Shown here: positions 13,040 through 24,118 of the stretch, piece by piece | How positions within the stretch are numbered: position 1 is the stretch's first letter | Layout: each line of letters opens with the position of its first letter | Source: Amoebophrya sp. A120 | Lineage: Eukaryota; Protista; Dinoflagellata | DNA length: 64,000 nt | Reading direction: 5' to 3' | Assembly: GCA_905178155.1 (NCBI GenBank) | Contig: CAJINV010000005.1 | Location: 6,718,153 to 6,782,152 of the forward strand | The notes under the pieces: model-generated | Databases searched by the model: none | What the model saw: only the letters and a program-made list of their open reading frames with translations | What the model was told of the DNA's origin: nothing | Program-made: the position numbers and the translations under genes

Positions 13040-13180
13040 TTAATGCATTTCCATGCCTATTTTAAGCCCGACAGCTTGCCCGGGTCCGGCAACCTGCAAT
13101 CCAGGCGGCTGGCTTCGTAGTGGTACTCGGGTGGGGTGATTAAGTAAGTTAGTAAGTAATGGGGTAGGGCTGGATAGGTT

Positions 13181-13882
13181 AGCGCCCTCAATCAAAAAGC
13201 GAAATCGCAGGAGTGGCGTCTCCTCTTCTGTGAGGGAGATCTCATTGAGATTGCGCCACTTTTTCGCTGTGGCAGGCAATGAAAAGCGGCGAAATCTCGG
13301 CGCGATTTCGCTTTCTGGGAGTGAGGTCTCAGTGAGATCTCGCCCCTTTTGCAGTGCGGCATTGAAAAATGGGCGCGGATTTCACTTTTTGAGAGAGAAA
13401 TCTCCCGTATGGGCCATCCCGGACGCGGAAAGCAAAACTTCTCAACAGGCCAAGTCTCGCTGAGATTTCGCTGCTTTTTCAGTGCCGCGCTGGGCTTCAA
13501 TGTGACACCGGAGCCCAGTGAGTGGCACTGTAAAACGGGCGAAATCTCGCTGAGGTTTCACTATTTTCAAAGTTTCACTTTTGGGCAGCTCAAAAATGAA
13601 AGTGAAACCGCACTGAGATCTCACACTCAGAAAGCGAAACCTCAATGAGATTTCACTTTTTTCAGTGCCGCACCGAAAAGGGGCGGAAGCCTCCCTGCAG
13701 TTCCACTACCAGAAAATGATGGAGCCCAGCGCGGCACCGGAAAAAGGAGCGGAATCTCGCTGAGATTTCATTTTTTGAGAAGTTTCACTTTCCGAGCCAC
13801 TTCGCCGGGATGGCCCAAAAGTCTTCGAAATTTCTCAAAGAGTGAAACCTGAGTGAGATTTCGCTTTTTATTTTCAGGCGCT
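13181..13882. mobile_element. Foldback/MITE-like element with GAGATTTCGC/GCGAAATCTC array
   Basis: Imperfect 26-bp TIR AGCGCC...AAAAAGCGAAATC; internal inverted blocks (GGGCCATCCCGG ~13411 / CCGGGATGGCCC ~13805); many degenerate motif copies. Confidence 0.6.
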
Positions 13883-13917
13883 GCGCCAAGGCGTCTGCGA
13901 AGCTAAAAGTGCCGCTG

Positions 13918-14277
13918 GAGTCGGCTCTGTTGGCAAGGGCAAAAAGCCCAACAGTATAGAAATACTCGAACAACATGGAAACAGGAGAGAACAGAAAAGG
14001 CTCGAAGCCCTGCAGGTGGAAGCAGGTCGGTTTTCGAGAGGTCTCGAAGCTGCTGAAAGTCTCCCTGGTGCTACGCGCGCACATTTTAAAAACACAAAGA
14101 AGAGGGGAAGGGGGGGGGGAGGGGGGGATCGGGAGTCGCCTCTGTTGGCAAAGGCAAGAAGTCTAGCAGTGCGGAAGATATATTGGAAAACGTAAAAGGC
14201 TTGAAACCTTGGAAGTTGAATCGCGTCGGTTTTCAAGAAATCCTGAAACTTTCGAAACCTCCCCCGGTGTTACGCCG
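13918..14277. repeat. Two diverged ~150-bp direct repeats
   Basis: GAGTCG.CTCTGTTGGCAA.GGCAA ... GTCGGTTTTC.AGA ... GGTG.TACGC at ~13918 and ~14132. Confidence 0.65.
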
Positions 14278-15234
14278 CACCCCGCCGGGCGCCTCGCTCT
14301 CTTTCCTATTTTCGCTGAGTTTTCTTCGGTTTTTATCTAGAACGGGCGGTCGCTCCGCGCCCGCCGGCCCGGCGACGAGGGGGTGCAAGGGGGGGCGAGG
14401 GAGTAAGGGTGTGGCCGCCAGTGACCGTCGCGCGCTAGATGCTGATAAGCGAAAAAAAGAAACCAATGGCAGCGCCCCCGTCCCATCTCCCTTGGCTTGA
14501 GCAAAAGAAGCGTAGGTAGAGTCAAGGCCGCTAGGCGGAAGGGGCGCGCGGTAGAGGGCACAGAGCGCGGCCGCTGTCCAAGCTTCCACAAACAGGCCCG
14601 GCGGAGAGCGTGCGCAGCCCCCTCGCGGAGGCTCGGGAGGCTAGCCACGAGAAGCAGAACGAAAAGACACGCGGCCAGCAACAAGCAAAATAAAGCACAG
14701 CAGGAAGGGCCGCGGCGGAAAGGCAGGGGGGGGTGTTGCGTGTGGCTCTTGCTAGAAACGAGACAGACCAAAAAAAAGAGCAAGCAGGCCAAAGTGAAAG
14801 CCCACCCACGCCCGGGGACGAGGCGAAAAGCGCTGGGAGCCAAAGGGGAAGGAGGCGGGCCGCAAAGAAACCGAAAGCACGCTGCTCGACAGTCCAAAGC
14901 AAGGAAACAAAGCAAGACCAGACCGCCCCGACGCGGCCGAAGCAAGAGCCCCCGCGGTCGGCAGTGAGCACGCGACGGAGTCCGGCTTGCCGAGCCTCGC
15001 ACGGCAGAGAAAGGCGCGAACTGACGCCAGAGCCCTCGCAAGAGAGGTGGAAGGGGAAGGGGCGCCAGAATGCAGAGCGAAATCAGCCTGGGGCAGCCAA
15101 ACGCGAACCGCCAGGCATCTAAGCCAAGGCCAAGGGCCCAGACCACGGCAGGCAGGGCCGAAGGCCACCCGGGGGCCGGGCAGCGCGCGTCTTGGTCCCT
15201 CCGAGCGAGTTTCCCACTTTGGCCGCCTTTCATT

Positions 15235-15425
15235 CTCACTAGTGTTTCCGCTTCCCCAAAGTCAGGCTTTTTGTCACTAGTCGCTCCACTAGTGGGCGCC
15301 CTCACTAGTGGCCCCGGTCACTAGTACCTCTCGCGCTTTTTTGTCACGCCAAAATCACTAGCAGGATTTCTACTAGTATCCGTTTTTCTGCTAGCGCGAT
15401 TCTTCTAGCAGGATTCCTACTAGTA
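15235..15425. repeat. Cluster of ACTAGT/CTAG palindromes
   Basis: Seven ACTAGT copies plus several CTAGC within ~190 bp. Confidence 0.7.
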
Positions 15426-17933
15426 GCTTGCAACCCCGCGCCCGCCAGAATTTTTGCAATAGTATTATAGATAATAGTAAGTAGCTCGCCGCAGTTGAAA
15501 TCTATAGAGTTCGGTCGTGATCTGCCGTGCCAAAGGTTAGGCTGGTGGAGTAGTTGCGGGATCCCTTGCCGCCGTCCTTTTCAAAAAAAAAAAGCCCTCT
15601 AGCAAGAAATCTTCTTCAGGATACAGCTCCGCCAAAGTAGTGAAATAGCGAGAACGTGAACAGGAATAAAGTCGGCCAGACTAAAGAAGAGGAAACGCAG
15701 GAAAGTAAAGGACCGACATAAAGCAGGAAAGACTGCCCCCAATGCCTCTACCCTACGCACCCATAGACTTCTGCCCAGGTGAGTATCTATTTTCCCTTTC
15801 GTTTCTCTTCTTTTCGTTCGCTTGCGCTCGGGCTTTCTTTATATTTTTCTTTGTTTTTGGGCTACTTCTGTGCTTTTACTTTTTGCCAAACCAACGAAAA
15901 TAGTTAGCACGCGAAGCCCGCGCGCCCCCATGCGCATTGATTCACTGAAAGTCCGCCCGGCCCCGGCCTTCTCTGACGCCGCCCTTTCCGGAGCATCGGC
16001 GTAGTTGGTCTTCCGCAGTTTTTGCACGAGTGCGGTGGTTCTTCTCGAATTGCAGTCAGTGCGTAAGGTTTTTGGTTTTTTTTTGTGTAGGCTGCGAGGT
16101 CGCCCCCATAGTCCCCAAAGAGAAGTAACCAGACGAAAGTGGGTGCTCGTGGTTGGCCTTGGTTTCTAAACCGTCCGGCGGCCGCCAGGTGTGTAATAAC
16201 ATAAGCCAGCCACGCGAATGCGAAACGAAGACCTCCCAGCTGGTCCCCCCGATGGATCTTGTTTTCTGTTTAGATTATCATGGGAGCCCCACGATGGCTA
16301 CCACTGCACAGCCGACAGGCCCCAGCGCTCGCGCCACGGCCATTTTTCGGGAGATAGATTCGTTCCACGCCGCCTTCGCCATTTTTGTCGCACCCCGCCG
16401 GGAAGGCGAAGGGCCAGCCTTCTCGATTGTGCGTGGGCGCCAGATAGGGCGTCGGCCGGTAGCTTCGGGGCGCCGCGCCCGTTGCGCGGTAACTTCGTGC
16501 CAAGGCCCCCTTTCCGGCTTGCGGCCGTGCACCTACCTCCAGGACACTGCTCTAGTAAAAGCAGGGGGGGATGGCAGTGCGTAGTTGGGCTGTTGCAGTG
16601 GAGAAAGGCCCTTGGAGCTTTTTGCCCTCCTTCGTCGCTTCGGCGCCGCGGCCGAGCGGAGCTAATAGTCCCGGTGCCCTGCCGTTGGCCGGCGCGTGGG
16701 TGGCAGTTGGTTCGAATAACCTGGAAGCTCTGGCCAGGCACCGTATGGAGCGCGCCGCGGTATGGCAGAAGCAAGCAAGCAGGCAGAAGGGCGGCCCCCT
16801 GGTTTGCAGAAAAGAGACGGGGCGCGGCTCCATGGGCCCAGGGGGCCGAGTTGTGGCGTGGGGGAGTGCATTGGCGCCCTGCGTTTTCCCGCAGCTCTGC
16901 GCAGCCTTGGGGCGAAGCACGCCCGCGGGGGGCGGCCGCCGCTTTGGTGAGGGCCCCGCGTGATTCATCGCCCCCCCCCCCTGGTCAATTGATCGTAGCA
17001 GGCTGACTACGTGACTCAGACGACTGACCCGCCGCGCGGGCCCCGCGGTCGGGCGAGGTCTATGCCAGTTGGCGAGGTGGGGTGGGCTTTGCCTTTTCGG
17101 TGTGAGAGTTGAAGGGCGAACCAAGGGGGCAAATTGGCTGAGTGTTTCTTTTTGTTTTATTTGGCCTGCGGCAGTGGCTGACGTTCGAAAGCAGGCACTA
17201 GAAACTCCAAACCAGACGCGCGCAGTGTTTGGCCAGTTCCCGCCCAGGCGCCAGCGGTGTACGTTATCTATGCAATGTTAGCAAAGACTGGCGTCTCCGT
17301 TTTCAGCAGGCGCTGCTTGGGTTGTGTGTAGCAGCACAGCCGCGGGGTGCATGTTGCGCTTGTGTTGAGAGCTGGGGTTTGTGAATAGAGGGATCACCCT
17401 TGATGCCGCATCGAATCCGTCGGCGGTTCCACATACATTCGTGGCCCGACTTCGGGCACGCGTAGAGCCCCCTCCCTCGCTGAGCTGCACTCGTTTGCCC
17501 CCCTTTCCGTCGCCGGGCCCGGCTCTGCCAATGGTATCGGGCGGCGCCAAGGGATCGGAACGCGCCGAGGCCCTCTGTCATATGCACTCTCGCGGACTGC
17601 AGTGCAGCTTTTTGGTTATGTTTTCCTTCTCGCGAATTTGGGCCGTTTTTTTTTTTGCGTTGTGAAGGGGATGCTGCCTGCAGCGTGTATGCCTTTTCTG
17701 CCTCCCTTTTCTTTGCGCCGTTTCACATGGCCAAGCCGCGGCGATTTGTCCCAGTCAGGTGCTGCAGCGCCATGGATGCTGCAAGAAGGTCTGACCCGGC
17801 AGGACAACGAACGCCGGGGAGGAGGTGAGGCGAACAGGATCGGGGTGGCCGGCTGGCCTGATTTTGATTGCTGATCATCAGCAGATGTGGTTAATGCTCA
17901 TCCGGCCGCGGGCCAGACAGGAAGTGAAGTCAA

Positions 17934-18761
17934 GTGCGAGCGCCCTCTTTTATTTGCGATCCCGCGTATCGCGGCTATGTTCGGGCCTACAGCTTGGCAG
18001 CTTACTCGAAGGACGAAGGAGGAAACTTGGCGAATTTTTTTGCGCAGGCGCCTGGACTCCGTGCCGTTGGTGCTGCTTTTGGAAAGGCGGAGCTGACGCT
18101 TCTTGGGAGAGAACAAGGCTCCGCCGACGCAGGCGCAGGCGCAGGTTCCGCCGACGCAGGCGCAGGCTCCGCTCCTCGTGACGCAGGCGCAGGCTCCGCC
18201 GACGCAGGCGCAGGCTCCGCCGACGCAGGCGCAGGCTCCGCCGACGCAGGCGCAGGCTCCGCCGACGCAGGCGCAGCTCGCGAAGGTTCCGCCCACGCAG
18301 GTGCGCAAGAGCTGGAAGTGTTTCCGCTCGAGGGGTTGTTGACCAGAGAGGGCTTTGCCGGTTTGAAGAAAAGTATCGAGGAGGGGTTTGATCCAAGTGC
18401 CACTGATGGAGTCCGGGAAGCTAACAACGCCGAACTGAGCCCGTTTTCAGGAGATAAACGTTTGTGGGAATCGAAGGGCAAGGGCGTGATTTTTGATTTG
18501 GGTATTCCTTGGTTGGGAGAAGCGAATGGTCCGTTTCCGTATGCGCCGCCAACCCAGAGGCCGAACATTAACAATTACCCCCATTTCGGTGCGTTTCATT
18601 TCGACGGGGAGCAGTGTTACAATGGTGCTTTGACCCTGCAGAACGTTGCGGAAAACGCCGCGCGGGGGGTGGAGAAATTAGGCACATGGTTGTCCGCTGG
18701 TGGTATCAGTTTAGTTACTGTGGAAAATATTCTAGTACGTAGAAATTGCTCTCTGATATAG
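17934..18761 (+). CDS. Hypothetical protein exon with (ADAGAGS)n repeat
   Basis: 275-aa ORF with a globular-looking C-terminal half; its stop codon coincides with the left junction of the 18761-22010 element. Confidence 0.5.
   Translation: MRAPSFICDPAYRGYVRAYSLAAYSKDEGGNLANFFAQAPGLRAVGAAFGKAELTLLGREQGSADAGAGAGSADAGAGSAPRDAGAGSADAGAGSADAGAGSADAGAGSADAGAAREGSAHAGAQELEVFPLEGLLTREGFAGLKKSIEEGFDPSATDGVREANNAELSPFSGDKRLWESKGKGVIFDLGIPWLGEANGPFPYAPPTQRPNINNYPHFGAFHFDGEQCYNGALTLQNVAENAARGVEKLGTWLSAGGISLVTVENILVRRNCSLI
18117..18305. repeat. 21-bp tandem repeat GCAGGCGCAGGCTCCGCCGAC
   Basis: About 8 near-identical units; unit length is a multiple of 3. Confidence 0.92.
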
Positions 18762-19587
18762 AAGTTCTCCTTTCATGTGCATAGCATATCGCAGCAACTG
18801 TGCACGGTTCGCCGGCGAAACGGCAAAGACTATACTCATTTTGCGCTGAGCGCAAAAGAAGTATTTGTCTTCGCGCCGGAGAAATCCGGTGAGGGCGAGT
18901 CGGTGCCAAAATAAAGAAAAAAGCTGGCAGTGTTCACTGTTTCGCTGGCGAATAAACGGCGAAGACTTATTTTGCGGCAGCAGATCATAAGTCTCGCTCC
19001 TTAGCCGGCGAAACGGTAAAAATAAATCATTTTGCGGTCGCCGCAGATAGATGAAAATATGGCTTCGCTGATTTTTCGCCGGCAAAATGGCAAATGCCCA
19101 CTTTTTTGGGCGCGTGAAAAAAGATTGACCGCACTTTGGTGCTTGACTTTCTGGCGACCGGGGATGGAGTTTGACTGAGAAAAACAGCTTTTGCCGTTGC
19201 GGCCTCGACACGGTAAAAACTTATTTCTCGGCCACCAGAAAATGAGTCTTTCTCTTACTTACCATTTCGCCGGCAGGCAAAGACTTTCGTTGCGGTGAGC
19301 GCAGTACAAGTTTTCGTCGTTTCGCCGGCGAAACGTGCCAGACTTATTTTTCAGTCTATCAAAAGCGAGAGTGTTTGTTTTTCTATTTGCTGTGTCGCCG
19401 GAATCATACAACTATTTCAAAGTGGGGCGCAAGGTAATACAAATAAGTAAGCATTTACGTAAATCAGAACCAATCCACGCGGCGTGCGCCGCGTGGGAAA
19501 AAAATAAGAAAACTCTTCAGCGTAGGCCCCATTTTATTGCCAGTCTGTCCTGAAAAATTTTCGCGCTCGACTTTGTCGGTCGTAATC

Positions 19588-20769
19588 TGGTAACCAAATG
19601 CGTGCGCGCGCGCGCGCAGAGCGCGCGCCGGCCCACGAAGCCGGCGCGCGCGCTCTGCGCGCTTGCGATATTGCTTTAGCAAACGCAGCGCGAAGGCAGT
19701 TGCCGTTACCATATAGGGCAACCGCCGGGAGGCGTGAAGGTCCGGGAAATGGCCAGAAATGAAGCGGGAGAAGGGAAAAAAAGCGGACCAGATGGGAAAA
19801 TGGGCAGGAGGTCAAAAATGTCGCAAAAACGGCAGAAACCAAGCGGGAGGAGGTGAAAAAAGAGCATTTTTGCAGTCTGGCCCACTGAGTATCTGCAAAA
19901 GAGACGGACTATTTTTTGCCTCGCCCGCTGGGCAGCTGCGTTGGAGCAGCAGGTCCGCGACCTGTTCGGAAGCCTTGGGCCGCTTCGTAACTGGAAAAAG
20001 TTGGAAAAAAATGGCAAAAATTTGCTTCATAACGTGGGCGGAAGCAATCGTCGGATTTTGTCCAGATCACCCGGGCCACTTGGAAAATGGAAAAAGATGA
20101 AAAATTGCGCAAAAGCGCATTCCCTCCGCAGGCTTCAAAACTGCCAGTCATCTGCGGGCGGTGAAAATGTGCAGAGCCCTTCGGCCACCTAAGAACCAGA
20201 AAAAAGAGCGAAAATTGAAAAAAATCGAGAACCCTCGGCAGGCTTACAAACTGGCCGCCAAGGGCGGTCCGGTGGGCGCGCGCTTGCGCCTTACCATCGC
20301 GATTGGGAAAAAAAATTCGTACTATAAGCGGGCGGAGGCATGTCCCAAAATCCCGATTTGGCCGGGGTTGTGAGCACCAATTCGGGACCTCCGCCGCGTC
20401 TGAAATGGCCGACTTTGGTTGCCCGGAAGGGTTCGCGGGTTTTCGGCTTTCCGCATACCTCCCTGGCCAGGGGGCCAGTTTGTCACGCAGGGGGCTAGAG
20501 AGGATGCCCCGCTGCGAAATAGCAGACCGGATTTCGCCTTCAATGCTTATCGCAGGAGCCTGCGATAAGCTTTGAATGCGAATCCGGAAGCCCCCGATGA
20601 CCAAGATACCTTCCTGGCCAGGGGGCCAGTTTCTCATGCAGGGGGCTTGCAGAAGAAGGAGCGGGACTGTAATCAAAAATAAATAGCGCCAAAGCGCGGC
20701 CGCGCTTTCGCCGCGCGGCTGGTTAGGCTTTCGCGCTGGTTAGAATTTCGCGCACGCATTTGGTTACCA
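19588..20769. mobile_element. Nested element with perfect 21-bp TIR
   Basis: TGGTAACCAAATGCGTGCGCG at 19588, exact reverse complement ending at 20769; no clear target-site duplication (TSD); internal ~45-bp direct repeat (~20451, ~20603). Confidence 0.7.
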
Positions 20770-21209
20770 ATATCGCCCTCCGGGCGCGACCTTCATAAAG
20801 TGGCCGCGTTTGGCTTCTCTCGAAGTGACCAAATTCGGGAGAAGACAAAGACGGCCAGCTTTTGGCCTCGTCTCTGAGGCCCAGTCTAACAAACACGCAG
20901 CGAGGTGGTCGCTTCTCGCTTTACAATAGAATAGTGGCCAGCTCTGGCGGCTTTTATTGCGGAGACCCGGCCAGATCAGGAAGAAACCAGGAAAGAGCTC
21001 GCCTGCTGTCCGCTACCTAGCCAGGCCTCGCTTTTTGCTTTTACAAAGCGCGCAGCTTTAGTTTCTTCCTTGTCAAAGTGCCAGGCGCTTCCTGAGCGAC
21101 GGGAGCGGGACTCGCGACAGCAGTGCGCGAAGCATCTAAACGCGAACGAGGCCCAGTCGCGCTCTTTCCACACGGCGCGTTAGTCGAAAAAAACACTTTT
21201 TGGGTTTGC

Positions 21210-21690
21210 AAGCTTCAGAAACGCTGCAGAAATCCTTCAGAAGATTTTTGGACCTTCAGAAGAGTCGCAACCTTCGGAAGGCCTTCAGGAAGGTTTTTTG
21301 ACCTTCTGAAGGACAAAAAATACTGCGCCACTTTTTGCATATTTTTTGTTAAATAGTTCCGGTTTCTTTGTTCAGCCTTCAGAAGGTTTTAAAAATTTCA
21401 CCTTCAGAAGGTCAAAACCTTCCTGAAGGTCAAAAATGAGTTGCGTCAGAACCTTCAGAAGCTTTTGTTTATCAAAAAGCTTCTGAAGGTTATTGAACAC
21501 CTACTGAAGGCCCAAAACCGACAAAACCTTCTGAAGGTTTGAAAAAAAAAAATATTTTTTCTGAAACAGCACCTGTGTCCGTTTTAATTCACTCTCTTTT
21601 CAAAAGTGTCCACTTTTGAACCTTCAGAAGATTTTTTGATCCTTCTGAAGGTTCTTCTGAAGAATTTTCTTCTGAAGGTTGTGACGATTT
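21210..21690. repeat. Array of CCTTC(A/T)GAAGG palindromes
   Basis: About 20 full or partial copies with irregular AT-rich spacers. Confidence 0.85.
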
Positions 21691-22191
21691 TTTCCCTTAT
21701 AGTCCTTCCATTACAAGTCTTGGCCATTTCGCCGGCGACGCGATAAAGACTTCTTTATTTTTCACTTGCCCAAAAAAGCATAAGCCGCCGTATCGGCGAA
21801 ACGGCAAAAGTGCAAACTTTGCGATGGGCGCAAAACGTATACTGCTGCTCTGCCGTGGCCGTCCGTGTAGCAAGCGCTTTTCTTTTATTTGTGTCGGATC
21901 AAAAGCGCTGCAGAGCCAATAAGCAAGAAGCCTTTGCCGTGTGCCGGCGAGGTGGCAAACACTCACATCGCACGCGCACAGCAGCTCCGAGCTGTTTTGG
22001 GGTGAACTTCTATTTATTATCAAAAAAGCAATTTCTTTTCTTGTTCCAAAAACAGCAATGCGTCGCTCGCCCTCTCTTCCGGATCGTGGGGAGGCAAGGA
22101 GAGAAACGATTCACAAGACCCGGCGTCGACGCCGTTTTGTCAAGCAGACGCACCCTGGTGCCTGCATCAAGGGGGTCCCCGTGGGACGTGG

Positions 22192-23613
22192 ATGTGTGTT
22201 GCGGACCCGCTGGCAGAGGAGCTACGTTGGCGAATACTCGTTCCGGGTAAGCCGCGTGGGACAGCAGAACTGCCCGTCGATCTCACTGATCACAGCGAGC
22301 CGCACCAGCAACGACAAGAATTATTGAAAGACGGAAAAGGAGCGGAGTTGCCAAGTGAGTTGCAGTTGATGCAATATCCGAAATTTCCAGGCCGATACTT
22401 TGTTTTGTTCCCGATGCCCACCAGCAAATTACCTGCTGCTGGTCCATCTACTCCAACCGGGTCAGGAGATCTTGCTGCTGCGCAGCCCCCAGATGAAGCG
22501 GACGCAACTGCAACTGCAACTACACCCGCACCCGGACCCGCTGACGCCGACCCAGCTCCAACATCAGATGTTAAGGCCACGGCAGATCAAGCGCAAAGGA
22601 AGTACAATGATATGTCCACACCGCATTTGGCAGTCGACCTGCGGTCGCTCCAGGGACATGCTAGCAAGGAGGATACTAAGGCGCTGCATAAATGGTTCTT
22701 CGGAGACGAAGGAAAAGAGAAGGGGGATCGGTGGGGGAGGAAAACGATTCGTACTCCAGAGTTTATGGAAGAGGACGGGTTCGATGAGAAAACGAAAACG
22801 GAAGAGGCGACCCCAGCCGAACTTCTTGGCAAGGCGGTACAGGAAGCGCAGCTGGACGACCACGATATCGGTGACGGCGCTCTACTTGGCGGACTCAAAA
22901 AATTGAACGTAGACGACCAGCAGAACAAGTCGACGGGGTGGAGGCATTCCGCGTGGATCCGGTTTGGGAACATCGTGAACCTATTGCAGACGGCGATGGG
23001 AAATTTGGCAAGTTCGAAAAAAGGCTGCAGCCTTACCGAGGAAGACTCACCGACAATCAACAGTGCCGAACAAATGGAAAATCAAATATTTCCAAACGAC
23101 GCGGAGATGTTGAAGAAAGAAGCAAAGTGTTTAGAGGACAACGCGGTAAGCGAAGATTGTTCAGGAGCGATGAAAAAAGCCGCTGAGGCGCCTCTTCAAC
23201 ACCCCGTGTTTGTAGTCGAGAATCCGAGCAAACTCCTACAGCCGATAGAGATTCCGTACGTCGCCGCCGGCACCGTCGTCGGGTGGTCCCGGTACCGTTA
23301 CCGAAATGCTGGTGATGATTTCGTTGGCCCCCTCGTGAAGTGTCATGATCCGTCACAACTCTTGAAGGTTCCGAAGGAAATAGTTAACGACGAGTCCAGC
23401 AGCGATGAGTACTGGAGCACGAAGAAAAATCCACGGTACCTACGGCACAGCGATGACGCTGCCAGGTACGTGCTCCACCCGCATGCGCCTTTACCCTCTG
23501 CGGAAATCCGATGCACAGGAATCCGCTTTAAGAAGATCTACGATCTGCTTGGGAACAATGAGAAGTTTGTGCTCCGCGTGGAGCCTGCAAGCCCGGCAGG
23601 CTTTTTCAAGTAG
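22192..23613 (+). CDS. Hypothetical protein (473-aa ORF; frame open from ~22057)
   Basis: Long ORF with natural composition; no recognisable domain; may be an internal exon. Confidence 0.7.
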   Translation: MCVADPLAEELRWRILVPGKPRGTAELPVDLTDHSEPHQQRQELLKDGKGAELPSELQLMQYPKFPGRYFVLFPMPTSKLPAAGPSTPTGSGDLAAAQPPDEADATATATTPAPGPADADPAPTSDVKATADQAQRKYNDMSTPHLAVDLRSLQGHASKEDTKALHKWFFGDEGKEKGDRWGRKTIRTPEFMEEDGFDEKTKTEEATPAELLGKAVQEAQLDDHDIGDGALLGGLKKLNVDDQQNKSTGWRHSAWIRFGNIVNLLQTAMGNLASSKKGCSLTEEDSPTINSAEQMENQIFPNDAEMLKKEAKCLEDNAVSEDCSGAMKKAAEAPLQHPVFVVENPSKLLQPIEIPYVAAGTVVGWSRYRYRNAGDDFVGPLVKCHDPSQLLKVPKEIVNDESSSDEYWSTKKNPRYLRHSDDAARYVLHPHAPLPSAEIRCTGIRFKKIYDLLGNNEKFVLRVEPASPAGFFK

Positions 23614-23798
23614 TCGCAGGCGTCTTTGCGCCAACGAGGTCCAGTTTGATAAGTTAGCGGGAAATAAAAACGAACGTCGAACCACGTCAGACTGAGTAAC
23701 CTCACCATTATTTCAACCTCTACAACTGCGACGACCGACCAGCTTTCTCAACAACAACTACTTCTGAGGCCACTGTGTGGTTTGATCTCTCTTAACCG

Positions 23799-24118
23799 TA
23801 TGGGAGTGTCAGGACTGAAATCGTCAAAGTTAAAATAGTTTGCCATGCTGAAAATGCAGCCCACAAAGTGCCTGTCTTGCGGAGTAGGCAAGTGAGGCAG
23901 ATTGTAAGCCTGTTATGGAGTAGAAACTGAGCTGCTAAAGTAAGTAGCATGACAAAAGGCGTGCTCCTTGCCCACGCGGATGACAAACTGCATTGCGGTT
24001 CTACGCAAATTTGTCATGCGCCAGCGCCACTTAGAAACTGGGTTTGTTGCAACAGTCATCCACTTCATGCATTGCAAGTTATTTCAACTTTGTCGATTTC
24101 AATCCTGACACATCCATA
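23799..24118. mobile_element. Introner family F
   Basis: TATGGGAGTGTCAGGACTGAAATCGTCAAAGTT / AACTTTGTCGATTTCAATCCTGACACATCCATA; homologous to 53148; DR not conserved. Confidence 0.85.

Larger units (their letters stand above)
18761..22010. mobile_element. Putative TA-flanked non-autonomous DNA transposon with nested insertions
   Basis: TA|GAAGTTCTCC ... GGTGAACTTC|TA; both subterminal regions (18800-19410, 21720-21960) carry TCGCCGGCGA / GGCGAAACGGCAAA motifs. Confidence 0.55.

Noticed and set aside
11907-17000. Many overlapping 100-320 aa ORFs on both strands
   Set aside because: Expected from high GC and stop-codon scarcity; Arg/Pro/Gly-rich with no domain signal.
21210-21690. CRISPR array
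   Set aside because: The repeat is only 11 bp, the spacers are irregular and low-complexity, there are no cas genes, and the context is eukaryotic.
22192-23613. Transposase or recombinase that mobilises the introners
   Set aside because: I recognise no DDE, tyrosine-recombinase, HUH or RT motifs, and it is not enclosed by TAT...ATA TIRs. An HHpred search would be needed to exclude it fully.
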